A stretch of 64,000 bases of DNA from Polyangiales bacterium (GCA_044229975.1 JBGARZ010000025.1:64001-128000); one strand, 5' to 3'; positions 9,284-19,680 are shown, counted from the first letter of the stretch. Numbers and translations: made by a program. The notes: generated from the letters alone by a model not told the origin.

Positions 9284-10008
9284 GGCACCGTGAACCGGGC
9301 GAGGTCGTCGATGCCGAGCGCCGCCTCCAGACGCGCGACCTCGGCCAACACTCGCTCGAAGCCGTGCTCGCCGAAGCGGGCGTGCTCCTCCGCCTCGAAG
9401 CGCTCGCCGAGCTCGTGGTAGGCGCCGCGACCCACGACCTCGCGAAAGGCGGGGAAGAGCACCGTGTCCTCGCGCGCGGCGTGGGGGCGGTACATGCGCT
9501 CGAAGGCGCGCAGTAGCGGCGCGAGCTCGGCGGCGCCGCTCGCCGGTCCGCTGGCCAGGCGGACGATCACGTCGGTCACCTCGCGGCCGCGCTGGTGTTG
9601 GCGGCGCAGCGTCGCGACCAACTCGACCTCTCGCCGCGCGGCGTCCAGCCGCGGGAACACGACCTGCTCCTCGGTGCGCTCGTGGTAGTCCTCCACAAAG
9701 CGTCGGAAGACGTCCGCTGCGCCCCGCACGACGGCGGCATCGAAGGCCTCCCGAAGCTCGATGCGGCGCGCGGTCTCGCCGTAGATGAGGAGGATGCGCT
9801 CCACGACGCCGTGCTCCTGCATCAGGTCCTCACCCGGGGTCACCTCGGCCTCTGTGGAGTCCCCGCCGTGCGTCGGCGGATCCGATCGTGCGGCGCGCGT
9901 CCCGGGCGTGGTCGCGCACCCTGTCAGCACGAGACCTGTCGCGGCGGCGAGCGTGCCCAGGGCGCGCCGACGCGGCGCGACGGAGTCGTCAGCAGGGTCT
10001 CGGTTCAT
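9280..10008 (-). CDS. Tat-exported hemerythrin (HHE) domain lipoprotein
   Basis: RRRAL..LTGC signal; EDLMQEH, EDYHERTEE..VFP, QH, HAAREDTVLFP. Confidence 0.85.
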   Translation of the reverse strand: MNRDPADDSVAPRRRALGTLAAATGLVLTGCATTPGTRAARSDPPTHGGDSTEAEVTPGEDLMQEHGVVERILLIYGETARRIELREAFDAAVVRGAADVFRRFVEDYHERTEEQVVFPRLDAARREVELVATLRRQHQRGREVTDVIVRLASGPASGAAELAPLLRAFERMYRPHAAREDTVLFPAFREVVGRGAYHELGERFEAEEHARFGEHGFERVLAEVARLEAALGIDDLARFTVP

Positions 10009-10154
10009 GGCTCGTCTCCCGTCTCCACATGGGGCGAGGTGCCCTCGCGCCCTTCCTGGTCCTCAGACGGTTCGTTGTAACGCCCCGACGGCGAGCGGAT
10101 GACGCGAGTCTCTACCGCGGTCATCGAGTCGTCTCCGGTGGAATGCCGCGCGCC

Positions 10155-11204
10155 TCAGTGGCGGTGCCGGTGGTGGGCGTCGGGGGTGTGGGGGTGGTCG
10201 TGCGCGAGCGGCGCGTGGTGGTGGGCGTGGGCGTGGGGTTCTCCCGGTGGGTCGGCGGGGCCGTGCGTGTGCTCGTGGTGCTCGTCGTGGACGTGCGCGT
10301 GCGCGTGGTCGAGCGCCTCGTGGGTGTGGCCGTGGCCGTGCCGCTCGTGCAGGAGCAGCGCCACGCCGGCCGCCATCACCGCCATCGCGAGCCCGTCGGA
10401 CCACCCGAGGTGCTCGCCCGTGAGGGCGGTCGCGGCAAGCGCGCCGAGGAACGGCGCCGTGGCGAAGTACGCCGCTTCGCGCGCGGCGCCCACGAGCCGC
10501 AGCGCGTAGGCGTCGAGGACCACGCTCGCGCCGTAGCTCACGCTCCCCAAGGCGAGCGCGGCCGCGGTGATGCGGGCGGAGGGGAGCCGCCCCGAGACGG
10601 CCAGGCCGAGGACCAGATTGAAGGAGCCGGCGGCCAGCGTCTTCACTCGCACGAGCGCGAACGGGTCGCGCAGCGACAGACGCTGGGTAAGGTTGTTGTC
10701 GAGCGCCCACGCCGCGCAGGCGCCCGCGAGCAGCAGCACCCCCGGCGTGTCCGCGCCGTGCGCTCCCGGCTGGAGCCGCAGGATCACAGCGCCCGCGAGG
10801 ATGAGCGCCATGGCCCCCGCCGCGTAGCGCCCCAGGTGCTCGCGAAACACCAGGACGGCGAGCGCGATGGTGAAGAGCGCTTCCAGGTTGAGCAACAGCG
10901 AGCCCGTGACGGCGCTCGTGCGCTGTAGCCCGAAGAGCATGAGCAACGGCCCCGCGACCCCGCCCGCCGCGACGAGGACCGCGAGCTTCGGCACGTCGGC
11001 CCGTGCGAGCGGCGCCTCCGTCGTCGCGGGGCGCACGAGCCGGTAGAGCGAGAGCGCGAGGCCCGCGCCCAGGTAGAGGAGCCCGGCGAGCACCTGCGGG
11101 CTCACGTCCCCGAGCAGCCGCTTCGAGAGCGGCGCCGAGACGCCGAAGAGCGCCGCGGCCAGGAGCCCCAGCGCGGCCCCCCTGGGTGCCTCCGGGCGGC
11201 TCAC
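10155..11204 (-). CDS. EamA/DMT transporter with His-rich C-terminal tail
   Basis: Ten-TM DMT pattern (LLLNLE, WALDNNL); tail of HxH repeats ending HHRHRH. Confidence 0.88.
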   Translation of the reverse strand: MSRPEAPRGAALGLLAAALFGVSAPLSKRLLGDVSPQVLAGLLYLGAGLALSLYRLVRPATTEAPLARADVPKLAVLVAAGGVAGPLLMLFGLQRTSAVTGSLLLNLEALFTIALAVLVFREHLGRYAAGAMALILAGAVILRLQPGAHGADTPGVLLLAGACAAWALDNNLTQRLSLRDPFALVRVKTLAAGSFNLVLGLAVSGRLPSARITAAALALGSVSYGASVVLDAYALRLVGAAREAAYFATAPFLGALAATALTGEHLGWSDGLAMAVMAAGVALLLHERHGHGHTHEALDHAHAHVHDEHHEHTHGPADPPGEPHAHAHHHAPLAHDHPHTPDAHHRHRH

Positions 11205-14200
11205 GTTCTCACCTCGCCGACGAGTGGCCGCGTCGCAAGCGCGCCAAAGCGTCGGTAGAGCGCGGGGACCACAAACATGTTGAGCACCGTCGAGGAGAGC
11301 AGACCGCAGAGGATCACGACCGCCATCGGAGACTGGATCTCGCTCCCGGGCCGTCCTCCAGCCAGGGCGAGGGGCACGAGCCCGAGGCCCGCCGCGAGCG
11401 CCGTCATGAGGATCGGGACCAGACGTTCGAGGGCGCCGCGGCGCACCGCTTCGTGCGGGTCCGTCACGCCCTCCTCGTGCGCGAGGTGGCGGACGTGTGA
11501 GACGAGCATGATGCCGTTGCGGGTCGCGATGCCGAAGAGGGTGATGAAGCCCACGAGCGAAGCGACCGAGAGCACGCCACCTTCCAGGTAGACGCCGAGG
11601 ACGCCTCCCACGAGGGCGAGTGGGAGGTTGAGCATGACCAGGAGCGCATCGCGCCCCGAGCGGAACGCCAGCGCGAGGAGCGCGAAGACGCCAAGGATCG
11701 CCGCGGCGCCCGCGAGAGCGATGGTCCGCGTCGCCCCTTCGGCGCTCTCAAACTGGCCCCCATAGGCGATGCGGTAGCCCGGGGGGAGCGTGACGCCGCG
11801 CGCGATGGCGGTCCGCACGTCGGTCACGACGCTGCCCACGTCGCGGCCGGCGACGTTGCAGCTCACCACGAGCTTGCGCTCGACGCCCTCGCGGCCGATC
11901 TCGTGGGGGGCCCGGTCGCGCCGCACGTCCGCCAGCGCCCGCAGCGGCAAGCGTGCGCCGCGCGGGGTCAGGACGAGGGTGTCGCCGAGCGCGTCGATCG
12001 ACGGCGTGCGCGCGGGGTCCATGCGTGCGACGAGCTCGAAGACCGCGGCGCCCTCGGTCACCTCCGAGACGACGCGGGTGCCCGTCGTGACCTCTAGCGT
12101 GCGGGCGACGTCGGCCACCCGGAGCCCGTGGCGGCCGATCGCCGCGCGGTCGAAGCGCACTCGCACGAAGGGGATGTCCGCCTGTTGCTCGCGGGCGAGG
12201 TCCACGACGCCGGGGACGCCGCGCATGGCGGTCTCCACGGCAACCCCGAGGCGGCGCAGCTCCGAGAGGTCGGGGCCGAAGAGCTTCACCGCGACGCTGG
12301 CGCGCGTGCCCGAGAGCATGTGGTCGATGCGGTGGCCGATGGGCTGGCCGACCGTCACGTTCATCCCCGGCAGCCGCGAGAAGTCCCGCCGCAGCGCGGC
12401 GAGGAAGTCCTCCCGCGAGCGCGTGGTCTCGCGCAGGCTGACGTCGAGCTCGGAGGCGTGGACGCCCTGGGCGTGTTCGTCCATCTCCGCGCGGCCTGTA
12501 CGGCGGGCGACGGACACCACTTCGCGGTGGCCGAGGAGGATCCGCTCGACCCGTCGCCCCATGGCGTCCGACTCCGCGAGCGAGGTGCCGGGGAGGGTCA
12601 CCGTCGCGATCGTGAGCGTGCCCTCGCGAAACTCCGGCAGGAACGATCGACCTGCGAGGGAGAGCGCAACGCTGGCCCCGACGAGGAGCACCAGGGAGAC
12701 GGCGGCGAGGCCCCGCCAGCCGCGCAGAGCCCGTTCGAGGAGCGGGGCGTAGCGAGCTTTCAACCACCGGGCGAGGCGGGGCTCCTCGGCCGCGGTCACC
12801 GCGCGCGCGCCCGGTAGGAGAAGCGAGCAGAGCACCGGCGTCACGGTCACGGCGACGAGCAGCGACGCCCCGAGCGACACCACGTACGCGAGTCCGAGGG
12901 GCTGGAGGAGTCGGCCCTCGACCCCGGAGAGGAAGAAGAGCGGCGAGAACACCGCCACCACGATGAGGGTCGCGAAGACGATCGAGCTGCGGATCTCACG
13001 GCTCGCGGCGAGGACGACGGCGAGCGCAGGCTCGCGCAGCGCGGGCTCCAGGCGGGCGTTGTCGCGGAGGCGGCGAACGACGTTTTCGACGTCGATCACC
13101 GCGTCGTCCACCAGCTCGCCGACCGCGATGGCCATGCCGCCGAGCGTCATGGTGTTGAGCGTGGCGCCGAAGGCCGACAGCGCGAAGACCGCCATCATCA
13201 GGCTCAAGGGGATGGCCACGATCGTGATGACGCTCGCCCGCCCGCTCGCGAGGAAGAGGAGCACGACGAGCAACACGAGCCCGACGCCGTCGCGCAGGGC
13301 GGTCGTCACGTTGTGGATGGCCACTTCGATGAAGTCGGCCTGGCGGAAGATGTTGCGGTGGATGGTCATGCCCGCGGGCAAGGCGCGTCCGATCTCGTCG
13401 AGCTCACGATCGAGGCGTGAAGTGAGCTCCAGGGTGTTGGCGCCGGGTTGCCGCTGGATGCCCAGGACGACCGCCGACTCTGCGCGGTACGAACCTTCGC
13501 CGCGCTTGAGGGCCGCGCCGACGCGAACCTCTCCCAGGTGGCGTACGAGCACGGGCTCCTCGCCGCGCATCGCGACGAGCGTCTCGGCGACGTCCTCAAC
13601 CGAGCGCACACGGCCGGTGCCGTGGACGAGGTACTCCTGCGCCCCCTCGGCGAGGAAGCCCGCCGACACGTTGAGGTTGGTGTCGGCGAGCGCGCGGAGC
13701 ACCTCGTCCACCGTGAGGTGGTAGGCGACGAGGCGGTCGGGGTTGAGCACCACCTGGAACTGCCGCCGCTCGCCGCCGGTCACGACCACCTGCGACACGC
13801 CGGGGACTGCGAGGAGGCGCCGCCGAACCGTGAAGTCGGCTGCGGTGCGCACCTCCATCGGCGTGTGCTGCGCGCTCGTCATCGCGACGAAGAGGATCTC
13901 CCCCATGATGGACGACACCGGCGCGAGCACCGGCGTCTCGACCTCCGCAGGGAGCGTGTCGCGCACCAGTTGGAGCTTTTCGCTCACGATCTGCCGCGCG
14001 CGGAATACGTCCGCGCCCCACTCGAACTCGACGTAGACGATGGAGATGCCCACTGCCGTCGAGGAGCGCACGCGCCGCACGCCGGGCGCGCCGTTGACGG
14101 CCGTCTCGATGGGCCAGGTGACGCGCGTCTCCAGCTCCTCGGGCGCCATGCCGTGCCCCTCGGTGAGGATCGTGACCGTCGGGGCCGTGAGGTCGGGGAA

Positions 14201-14314
14201 GACATCCACGGGCATGCGGGAGGCCGTCCAGGCGCCCCACACGAGGAGGACAGCCGCGAGCCCGAGAACGACGGCCCGGTGGGCGAGGGACCAGCGCAGG
14301 ATGGCGTCGATCAT
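11201..14314 (-). CDS. Heavy-metal RND efflux permease (CusA/CzcA family)
   Basis: 1037 aa; PVDVFPDL, GELVDDAVIDVEN, RLVPILMTA. Confidence 0.93.
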   Translation of the reverse strand: MIDAILRWSLAHRAVVLGLAAVLLVWGAWTASRMPVDVFPDLTAPTVTILTEGHGMAPEELETRVTWPIETAVNGAPGVRRVRSSTAVGISIVYVEFEWGADVFRARQIVSEKLQLVRDTLPAEVETPVLAPVSSIMGEILFVAMTSAQHTPMEVRTAADFTVRRRLLAVPGVSQVVVTGGERRQFQVVLNPDRLVAYHLTVDEVLRALADTNLNVSAGFLAEGAQEYLVHGTGRVRSVEDVAETLVAMRGEEPVLVRHLGEVRVGAALKRGEGSYRAESAVVLGIQRQPGANTLELTSRLDRELDEIGRALPAGMTIHRNIFRQADFIEVAIHNVTTALRDGVGLVLLVVLLFLASGRASVITIVAIPLSLMMAVFALSAFGATLNTMTLGGMAIAVGELVDDAVIDVENVVRRLRDNARLEPALREPALAVVLAASREIRSSIVFATLIVVAVFSPLFFLSGVEGRLLQPLGLAYVVSLGASLLVAVTVTPVLCSLLLPGARAVTAAEEPRLARWLKARYAPLLERALRGWRGLAAVSLVLLVGASVALSLAGRSFLPEFREGTLTIATVTLPGTSLAESDAMGRRVERILLGHREVVSVARRTGRAEMDEHAQGVHASELDVSLRETTRSREDFLAALRRDFSRLPGMNVTVGQPIGHRIDHMLSGTRASVAVKLFGPDLSELRRLGVAVETAMRGVPGVVDLAREQQADIPFVRVRFDRAAIGRHGLRVADVARTLEVTTGTRVVSEVTEGAAVFELVARMDPARTPSIDALGDTLVLTPRGARLPLRALADVRRDRAPHEIGREGVERKLVVSCNVAGRDVGSVVTDVRTAIARGVTLPPGYRIAYGGQFESAEGATRTIALAGAAAILGVFALLALAFRSGRDALLVMLNLPLALVGGVLGVYLEGGVLSVASLVGFITLFGIATRNGIMLVSHVRHLAHEEGVTDPHEAVRRGALERLVPILMTALAAGLGLVPLALAGGRPGSEIQSPMAVVILCGLLSSTVLNMFVVPALYRRFGALATRPLVGEVRT

Positions 14315-14321
14315 GCGGGCC

Positions 14322-15872
14322 TCAATGGGAGTGTCCGTGCGCGGGAACGGCGCCGCCCGAGGCCGCGAGCTTCACCGACCACGCGCCCTGCGTGACGACG
14401 CGCTCGCCCACGCGCACCCCTTGGGTCACGGCGACGTAGCCACGATCGAAAGGGCCGAGCCGCACCGCGCGGCGCTCGAACGCCTCGCCCTCGACCTGCA
14501 CGAAGACCACGCGCTGGCTGCCGTCGTCCACGATGGCGGCGGCGGGGACGGCGACGGCCTGCGTCGGCTCATCGACCAGGATGTGGGCGGTGACGAGGGC
14601 ACCCAGCGGCAGGTGCGCGTTGGAGTTCTCGACGGCGAAGAGGGCGGTCATCGTGCGCGAGATGGGGTCGATGCGGTGGTCGCTCCCGAGGAAGGCGTCG
14701 GCCCCGAGCTCGACGGGTCGATCGGTCCCAGGTGGCTCGAACCACGCGCCGCGGAGGTTCGCGACCCGGTCCGCGTCCGCTTCGGGCACTCGTGCGTCGA
14801 GCCAGAGCCTCGTCAGATCCGCGACGTGAAAGAGCGGAGCACCTGCTTCGACGAAAGCGCCCGGCGCGACCTCGACCTCGACGAGCGTGCCGGTGAGCGG
14901 GGCGCGCACCTGGATGTTCCCCGTACCGCCGCGGTTGCGCGTCTGCTCGACGCTCTGGAACTGTGCCCGCCGACGCTCAGCCGCGGCTAGCGCAGCGCGC
15001 GCTTCCTCCTCGACGTGCGTCGCCTCGACCACCCGGTGTTCGGGGACGGCGCCCTCGGCCCGCAGGGCGTCGAGGCGGCCGCGTTCGTGGATGGCGCGCG
15101 CGAGGTCGAGACGTGCGCTGGTGGAGGCAAGGTCGATCGACGCCCGGTCCGAAGCCTCCAGCCGGGGGACGAGGAGCGCGAGCGGAGTCTCGACTGCGAC
15201 CGCTTCGCCAATGCGAGGGAACGTCGCGCCGACCCGCACCACCCGGCCCGCGGCGGGGGCCGTGACGATGACGTCGCCGTCACCCCGAGCGCGCAGCGTG
15301 CCGGTGACCGCGAGGGAAGGCCGGAAGGGACGCTCGGTCGCAGTCTCGGTTGCGAACTCCGTCTGCCACTGCTGCTCCTTGAGGAAGGAGATTCGTCCGG
15401 CGGGCTCGGGCTCGTGGGGAATGGCCCGCCGCGCTGCCTCGACGGACTCGAACACCTGCACGTCGCCGAGGTCGTGCGTGACCGTACCATCGGCCAACTG
15501 GACCTCCACGAGGAGGCGTCGCGCGCCCGCCGCGGTGGGGATCGCGACGGGGCGGAAGATGCCGGGCACCTCGGGGTGTTCGGCGAGGAAGCGCTCATCA
15601 GACGGGCCGCCACGCAGGATGACCGTCACCCGCCCGGCGCCCAGGGCGGAGAAGTCCGCGAGGCGCGTGACGTGCGCCGCGAGGGTCGAGGGGCGCCCAC
15701 GGACGAGGGCACGCAACTCGACGAAGAGCTCGGTGCGGTCGGTCCAACTCGTGAACGAGAGGGGCGGCGGTGTTGTGGCGGGCGGTTCGGCGCGCATGCC
15801 CGGCCGGTCGGAGCGAGCGCCGCAGGCAGCGAGCGCGAGACTGAGGACGAGGAGAAGGCTTCGGTCGTTCAT
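14322..15872 (-). CDS. RND periplasmic adaptor (MFP) lipoprotein
   Basis: Lipobox LAAC; lipoyl half-motifs APAAGRV / APLTGTL; C-terminal AHGHSH. Confidence 0.88.
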   Translation of the reverse strand: MNDRSLLLVLSLALAACGARSDRPGMRAEPPATTPPPLSFTSWTDRTELFVELRALVRGRPSTLAAHVTRLADFSALGAGRVTVILRGGPSDERFLAEHPEVPGIFRPVAIPTAAGARRLLVEVQLADGTVTHDLGDVQVFESVEAARRAIPHEPEPAGRISFLKEQQWQTEFATETATERPFRPSLAVTGTLRARGDGDVIVTAPAAGRVVRVGATFPRIGEAVAVETPLALLVPRLEASDRASIDLASTSARLDLARAIHERGRLDALRAEGAVPEHRVVEATHVEEEARAALAAAERRRAQFQSVEQTRNRGGTGNIQVRAPLTGTLVEVEVAPGAFVEAGAPLFHVADLTRLWLDARVPEADADRVANLRGAWFEPPGTDRPVELGADAFLGSDHRIDPISRTMTALFAVENSNAHLPLGALVTAHILVDEPTQAVAVPAAAIVDDGSQRVVFVQVEGEAFERRAVRLGPFDRGYVAVTQGVRVGERVVTQGAWSVKLAASGGAVPAHGHSH

Positions 15873-16115
15873 GGCGCGTCCGCGGCGGTCGCGCGATCGA
15901 GCTCGACCCGCGCCCGCCGGGCGGCCTGATCGAGGTCGAGTGCGGTGAGCTCGTCGTCCCCGGCGCCGCGGTAGGCGTCGAGGAGTTCGAGCAGGGTCAT
16001 CTCGCCGCCCTGGTAGCCCGCGGTCGCGATGCGGACGAGGTCCGCCGACGCCGCCCGCGCGTCCTCGCGGAAGCGCCGGGCCGCGCGCACGAGACGAGTC
16101 GCCTCGGCGTGTAGC
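15869..16115 (-). pseudogene. 3' fragment of an IS-interrupted TolC-family outer-membrane factor
   Basis: LHAEATRL...YQGGEMTLLELLDA; in frame with the 5' fragment once the IS and one TSD copy are removed. Confidence 0.88.
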
Positions 16116-16287
16116 TGCGCTTGTCAAACACCTACCAACAAGAAATGGCGGACGTCCGTTGGCGCGGCCTGGCGAGCGCCTTGGCGTGACCGGCTGACGC
16201 TCGGGCGCTCGTTGGTTTTGGCGTCGCAGCGATCGCCGTCGAGCCCGTCGCCGTCGGGGTCGCCCACGGTGTGCGGGCGCCTCGCCG

Positions 16288-18183
16288 TCAGTGCAGCGCC
16301 ACGACCCGATCGACGATGAATCGCACGGCGTCCGCCCGCTCGCGGGGCGTGATGCGAAACGTGGCGTGAATCCTCCGCGAGAGGTTCTCGGTCAGGCTGG
16401 CGTGTTGCGCCCGCGGCTGGGCGCGCACGGTGTCGATGAGGACGAGCAGCCAGAAGCGCCGGTCGAGCACCGCGTCGATCTCGCAGGCGCGGTCGGCGAA
16501 GGCCTTCAGGCGGTCCCCGACGACCGGGAGGATCTGCTCGATGCGCACACGCTCGGTCTGCAGCGACGCGAGCATGCGGTCGCGCTGGGCCATCCGCTCG
16601 CGGAGCAGCGCCTCGCAGATTCGTTGTCCCTCGTTCTGGGCGGCGAGGTTCCTGACGATGCCGAGCAGGTAGCGCGCGTCGGTGTCGGCAGCGATCGTTC
16701 CGGTGGCGCGCTTGCCCTCGAAGATCGCGACGCCATCGACGATCGCGTCGAGCGGATAGCGCGCGAGGGCGATGCGGAGGCTGCGCTCCGGGTCGAGCAG
16801 CGCGAGCCGCTCGAAGGACCGATCGAGGTACGCGCGCACCTCGGGATCCTGCCGCGCCTCGAGCGTCTGTCGCGCGAGCTCCTGGCGGCGGCACCGCTCC
16901 GCGAGCGCCTTGCGCGCCTCGGCGATCTGCTCCGGCGTCGGCGTCTCCCCGTGGATCGTGACGCGCGAGCGACCGTCGCGATCCTTGCGCGGACGATGAT
17001 TGATCGTGCGGAAAAAGGTCGTGAGGACCAGCCGGAGGATCGATCGTGCGAGCGAGCGCGCGTCCTCTCCCTCGACGAGCAGCGGCGGCGCGGTCTGCTG
17101 GAAGAGCCCGAATCCACCTTCGATGTGCGCCTTGTTCTGCGGCCTCTCGGGGGTCGCGCGAATGCGCTCGGCACCATCGAGCGCACGATCCACCTCAGGC
17201 GCGTGGTTGCTCGGCTTGTTGTCCAGGAGCACCGCGAGCGGCAGCGGCGGCGCGGCGCTCGTCGTCGCCCTCGCGTCCGCCATCGCGAGGGCGACGGCTT
17301 CGCTGTCCTCCTGGTCGCCGAGCGACGCGCCGACGAAGGCGCCGCTGTACGGATCGACCAGCAACTCGAGGTTGAAGACGTGGCGCGCGCCGGAGAGTTC
17401 GAGCGCAACCTGCGAGCCGTCGCCGACCCACTGCGCGTCCGGGAAGAAGACCTCGAAGGCACCGCGCAGCGCACGCTCGTCGGGCGATCGTCCCTCGCGC
17501 CGAGCCGGCGTGCGAATCCCGCGCGCGGCGAGGATGGAGCTCACCAGCGTGGGGCCGTACGGGACGCGGCAGTCGGCTTTCAAGTACGCGCAGAAGTCCG
17601 AGAAGCCGCCGCGCCAGGTCTTCCACTCCGCGAGCACGGTCTCGAGATGCGTGAGCCGCGTGGCGCTCGTGTCGTTCTCCACGTCGCGCACCGGCTCGTC
17701 GGGTGGCGCGGTGATCGCTCCGGCACGCAGCCAGTCTTCGACGGTCTCCAGCGGCACCTCCACGGCCTCCGCGAAGCGTGCGAGAGGAAGATCCTCATGC
17801 GCGGCGTGCAGCTCCAGCACGCGGTGCCGGAAGGCATCGGTGTAGTGCCGCCGCCGGTCACCCCCGACGCACCCAGGATGCTCGAAGGTGAAGCGCAGCA
17901 TCGCCCGCGAGATGGAGAGCAGCTCCTCGCACGGGCCGCCGCATGGTGCCGTCTCCGCGACCGCTGGGCGCCCCGCAGGGCGTTGCAACGACGGCAGCGA
18001 GGCCACGAGCGCGTCGCGCAACTCATACGCCCGCGAGCGCGTGGCGCCGGTGGCCGCGAGGATCTCACCGACGGACGGGTGCGCGAGCGAGACCCGCCGA
18101 GCGTGCTCGGCGGACGCAAGAAGCAGGGCGGAGATCAGGAGCGGCGAGACGGACTCGCCGGACTCTGGTAGGTCGGAGCGCAC
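16288..18183 (-). CDS. DDE (rve-like) transposase B with long C-terminal helical region
   Basis: HTH (HYTDAFR..FAEAVEVPLETVEDW); QWVGD, LLVDPYSG, LLDNKPSN, PQNKAHIE, INHRP; RBS AAGGAG before GTG. Confidence 0.8.
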   Translation of the reverse strand: MRSDLPESGESVSPLLISALLLASAEHARRVSLAHPSVGEILAATGATRSRAYELRDALVASLPSLQRPAGRPAVAETAPCGGPCEELLSISRAMLRFTFEHPGCVGGDRRRHYTDAFRHRVLELHAAHEDLPLARFAEAVEVPLETVEDWLRAGAITAPPDEPVRDVENDTSATRLTHLETVLAEWKTWRGGFSDFCAYLKADCRVPYGPTLVSSILAARGIRTPARREGRSPDERALRGAFEVFFPDAQWVGDGSQVALELSGARHVFNLELLVDPYSGAFVGASLGDQEDSEAVALAMADARATTSAAPPLPLAVLLDNKPSNHAPEVDRALDGAERIRATPERPQNKAHIEGGFGLFQQTAPPLLVEGEDARSLARSILRLVLTTFFRTINHRPRKDRDGRSRVTIHGETPTPEQIAEARKALAERCRRQELARQTLEARQDPEVRAYLDRSFERLALLDPERSLRIALARYPLDAIVDGVAIFEGKRATGTIAADTDARYLLGIVRNLAAQNEGQRICEALLRERMAQRDRMLASLQTERVRIEQILPVVGDRLKAFADRACEIDAVLDRRFWLLVLIDTVRAQPRAQHASLTENLSRRIHATFRITPRERADAVRFIVDRVVALH

Positions 18184-18261
18184 GGTCTCCTTGTCTGGGT
18201 GGTGCGTTGCGGTGTCTGGAAACTTCGCAATACACGACCAGGGCGGGAGACCGCTTTCCTT

Positions 18262-19680
18262 TCAGGGGCGCAGCTCGATCAGCTTTCGGCCCATGAGCCA
18301 CACCTCGGGCACGCCGTCGCGGCTGGTGACCTTGAAGAGATCCAGCGATCGGGCGCGCAGGTCGATGCCGTCGCCGACGTCGCGCCCCGCGCCGGCTTCG
18401 ATGCGCGCGAGCACCTCGTCCACGCGGCCGTAGTAGCGGTCCGCGGGCACCAGCAGGCCGCCCAGCGCGTGGTGCGTGCGGCCGTGATTGTACCAGTGCA
18501 TGTGCGTGTCGAGCCGCCGCCGCATCTCGCCCACATCGGCGAAGCGCTGCACGTCGAACAGCTCCTTCGCGAGGTTGGCGTTGAAGACCTCGACCTTGCC
18601 GTTGTGCTCCTTGTCCACGGCGACGAGCTGGTCGATGCCGAGCTCCGTGAGCAGCGCCGTGAAGCGCGAGATGCCGTTCCACGCCCAGAACGCCGCGCCG
18701 CGGTCGTGCATCACCATCTCGGGCTTGCCGTACCGCGCGACGGCGCGCTCGAAGGTCCCGATCACCATGTCCGCGCGCTCCGCGTCGTCCACCCCGTGGC
18801 CCACGACGAAGCGCGAGTGGTCGTCGATCAGGATCAACGTGAACGTGTTCGCGCGGTGGATGTTGCGATGCACGAAATCGAGGTGCCAGAGGTGGTTCGG
18901 GCGCACGGCCTCGAAGCGTTGGATGTGCGGATGCCGCGCGACCTTCGGCGGCCGATAGCCCGCCTCCTCCATCACCCGCCGCGCCGTGTGGACGGAGACC
19001 TTCACGCTCTTGCGACGGAGCTGGTTGCGGATCTGGCTCGGCCCGAGGCCGGGGTGCCGGCTCCACTCGTCGAGGATCTCCTTGTCGCGCCGCGCCTCGA
19101 TCTCCTTGACGCCCGCACCGCTCGTCGGCGACGGGCCCTCGCCCTTCGCCGCGGCGCTGACCTTGCGCTGCCACTCGTAGATCGAGAACCGGCTCACTTT
19201 GAACTTCGTCGCCGACTCGGTGACGCTCTTCTCGGCGGCGTACTCGAGGATCTCCGCGCGCTCCGACGGCGTGTACGAACGCGCGACGGTCTTCGGCTTC
19301 GCCGCGGGCGTTGCGACGGCTTTGGCGGGGAGGCCCGTGGTGTCAGGCGACTTGTTGCCCGCCGACGACGGCGGCGCCGCCTTCGCCGACGCGGTGGACT
19401 TGCGCCGCGCGGGTGCCGCCTTCGCCTTCGCGATCACCACTGGCGGCGGCGGCGCGGCGGGCGCCGCGGGCGCCGTGGGCGTCTCGTCGCTGCTCGACGC
19501 CTTCGTGACCCCGGCAGCCTTCGCCCAGCGGAAGACGTTGGGGGCCGGAACGCCATGCTTCGCCGCCGCGGGCTTGCAGCCCAACGCCGGCACATCGGCG
19601 AGCACCACCGCGCGCTCCTCGGCTGTGTATCGCCGCCCTACGCTGCGTGGCAGCCGTTGCTCATCTCGCTTCTCGTCCAT
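18262..19680 (-). CDS. IS481/IS3-like DDE transposase A
   Basis: Two HTH repeats (YTAEER.., YTPSER..); PNHLWHLD, IDDHSRF, MHDRG, NGKVE, YNHGRTHHALG; RBS GGAGGAG. Confidence 0.9.
   Translation of the reverse strand: MDEKRDEQRLPRSVGRRYTAEERAVVLADVPALGCKPAAAKHGVPAPNVFRWAKAAGVTKASSSDETPTAPAAPAAPPPPVVIAKAKAAPARRKSTASAKAAPPSSAGNKSPDTTGLPAKAVATPAAKPKTVARSYTPSERAEILEYAAEKSVTESATKFKVSRFSIYEWQRKVSAAAKGEGPSPTSGAGVKEIEARRDKEILDEWSRHPGLGPSQIRNQLRRKSVKVSVHTARRVMEEAGYRPPKVARHPHIQRFEAVRPNHLWHLDFVHRNIHRANTFTLILIDDHSRFVVGHGVDDAERADMVIGTFERAVARYGKPEMVMHDRGAAFWAWNGISRFTALLTELGIDQLVAVDKEHNGKVEVFNANLAKELFDVQRFADVGEMRRRLDTHMHWYNHGRTHHALGGLLVPADRYYGRVDEVLARIEAGAGRDVGDGIDLRARSLDLFKVTSRDGVPEVWLMGRKLIELRP

Noticed and set aside
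18211..18234. TGTATTGCGAAGTTTCCAGACACC as a possible internal IS end (nested element)
   Set aside because: No convincing partner IR or TSD found; the sequence is explained by the intergenic hairpin. Not fully excluded.
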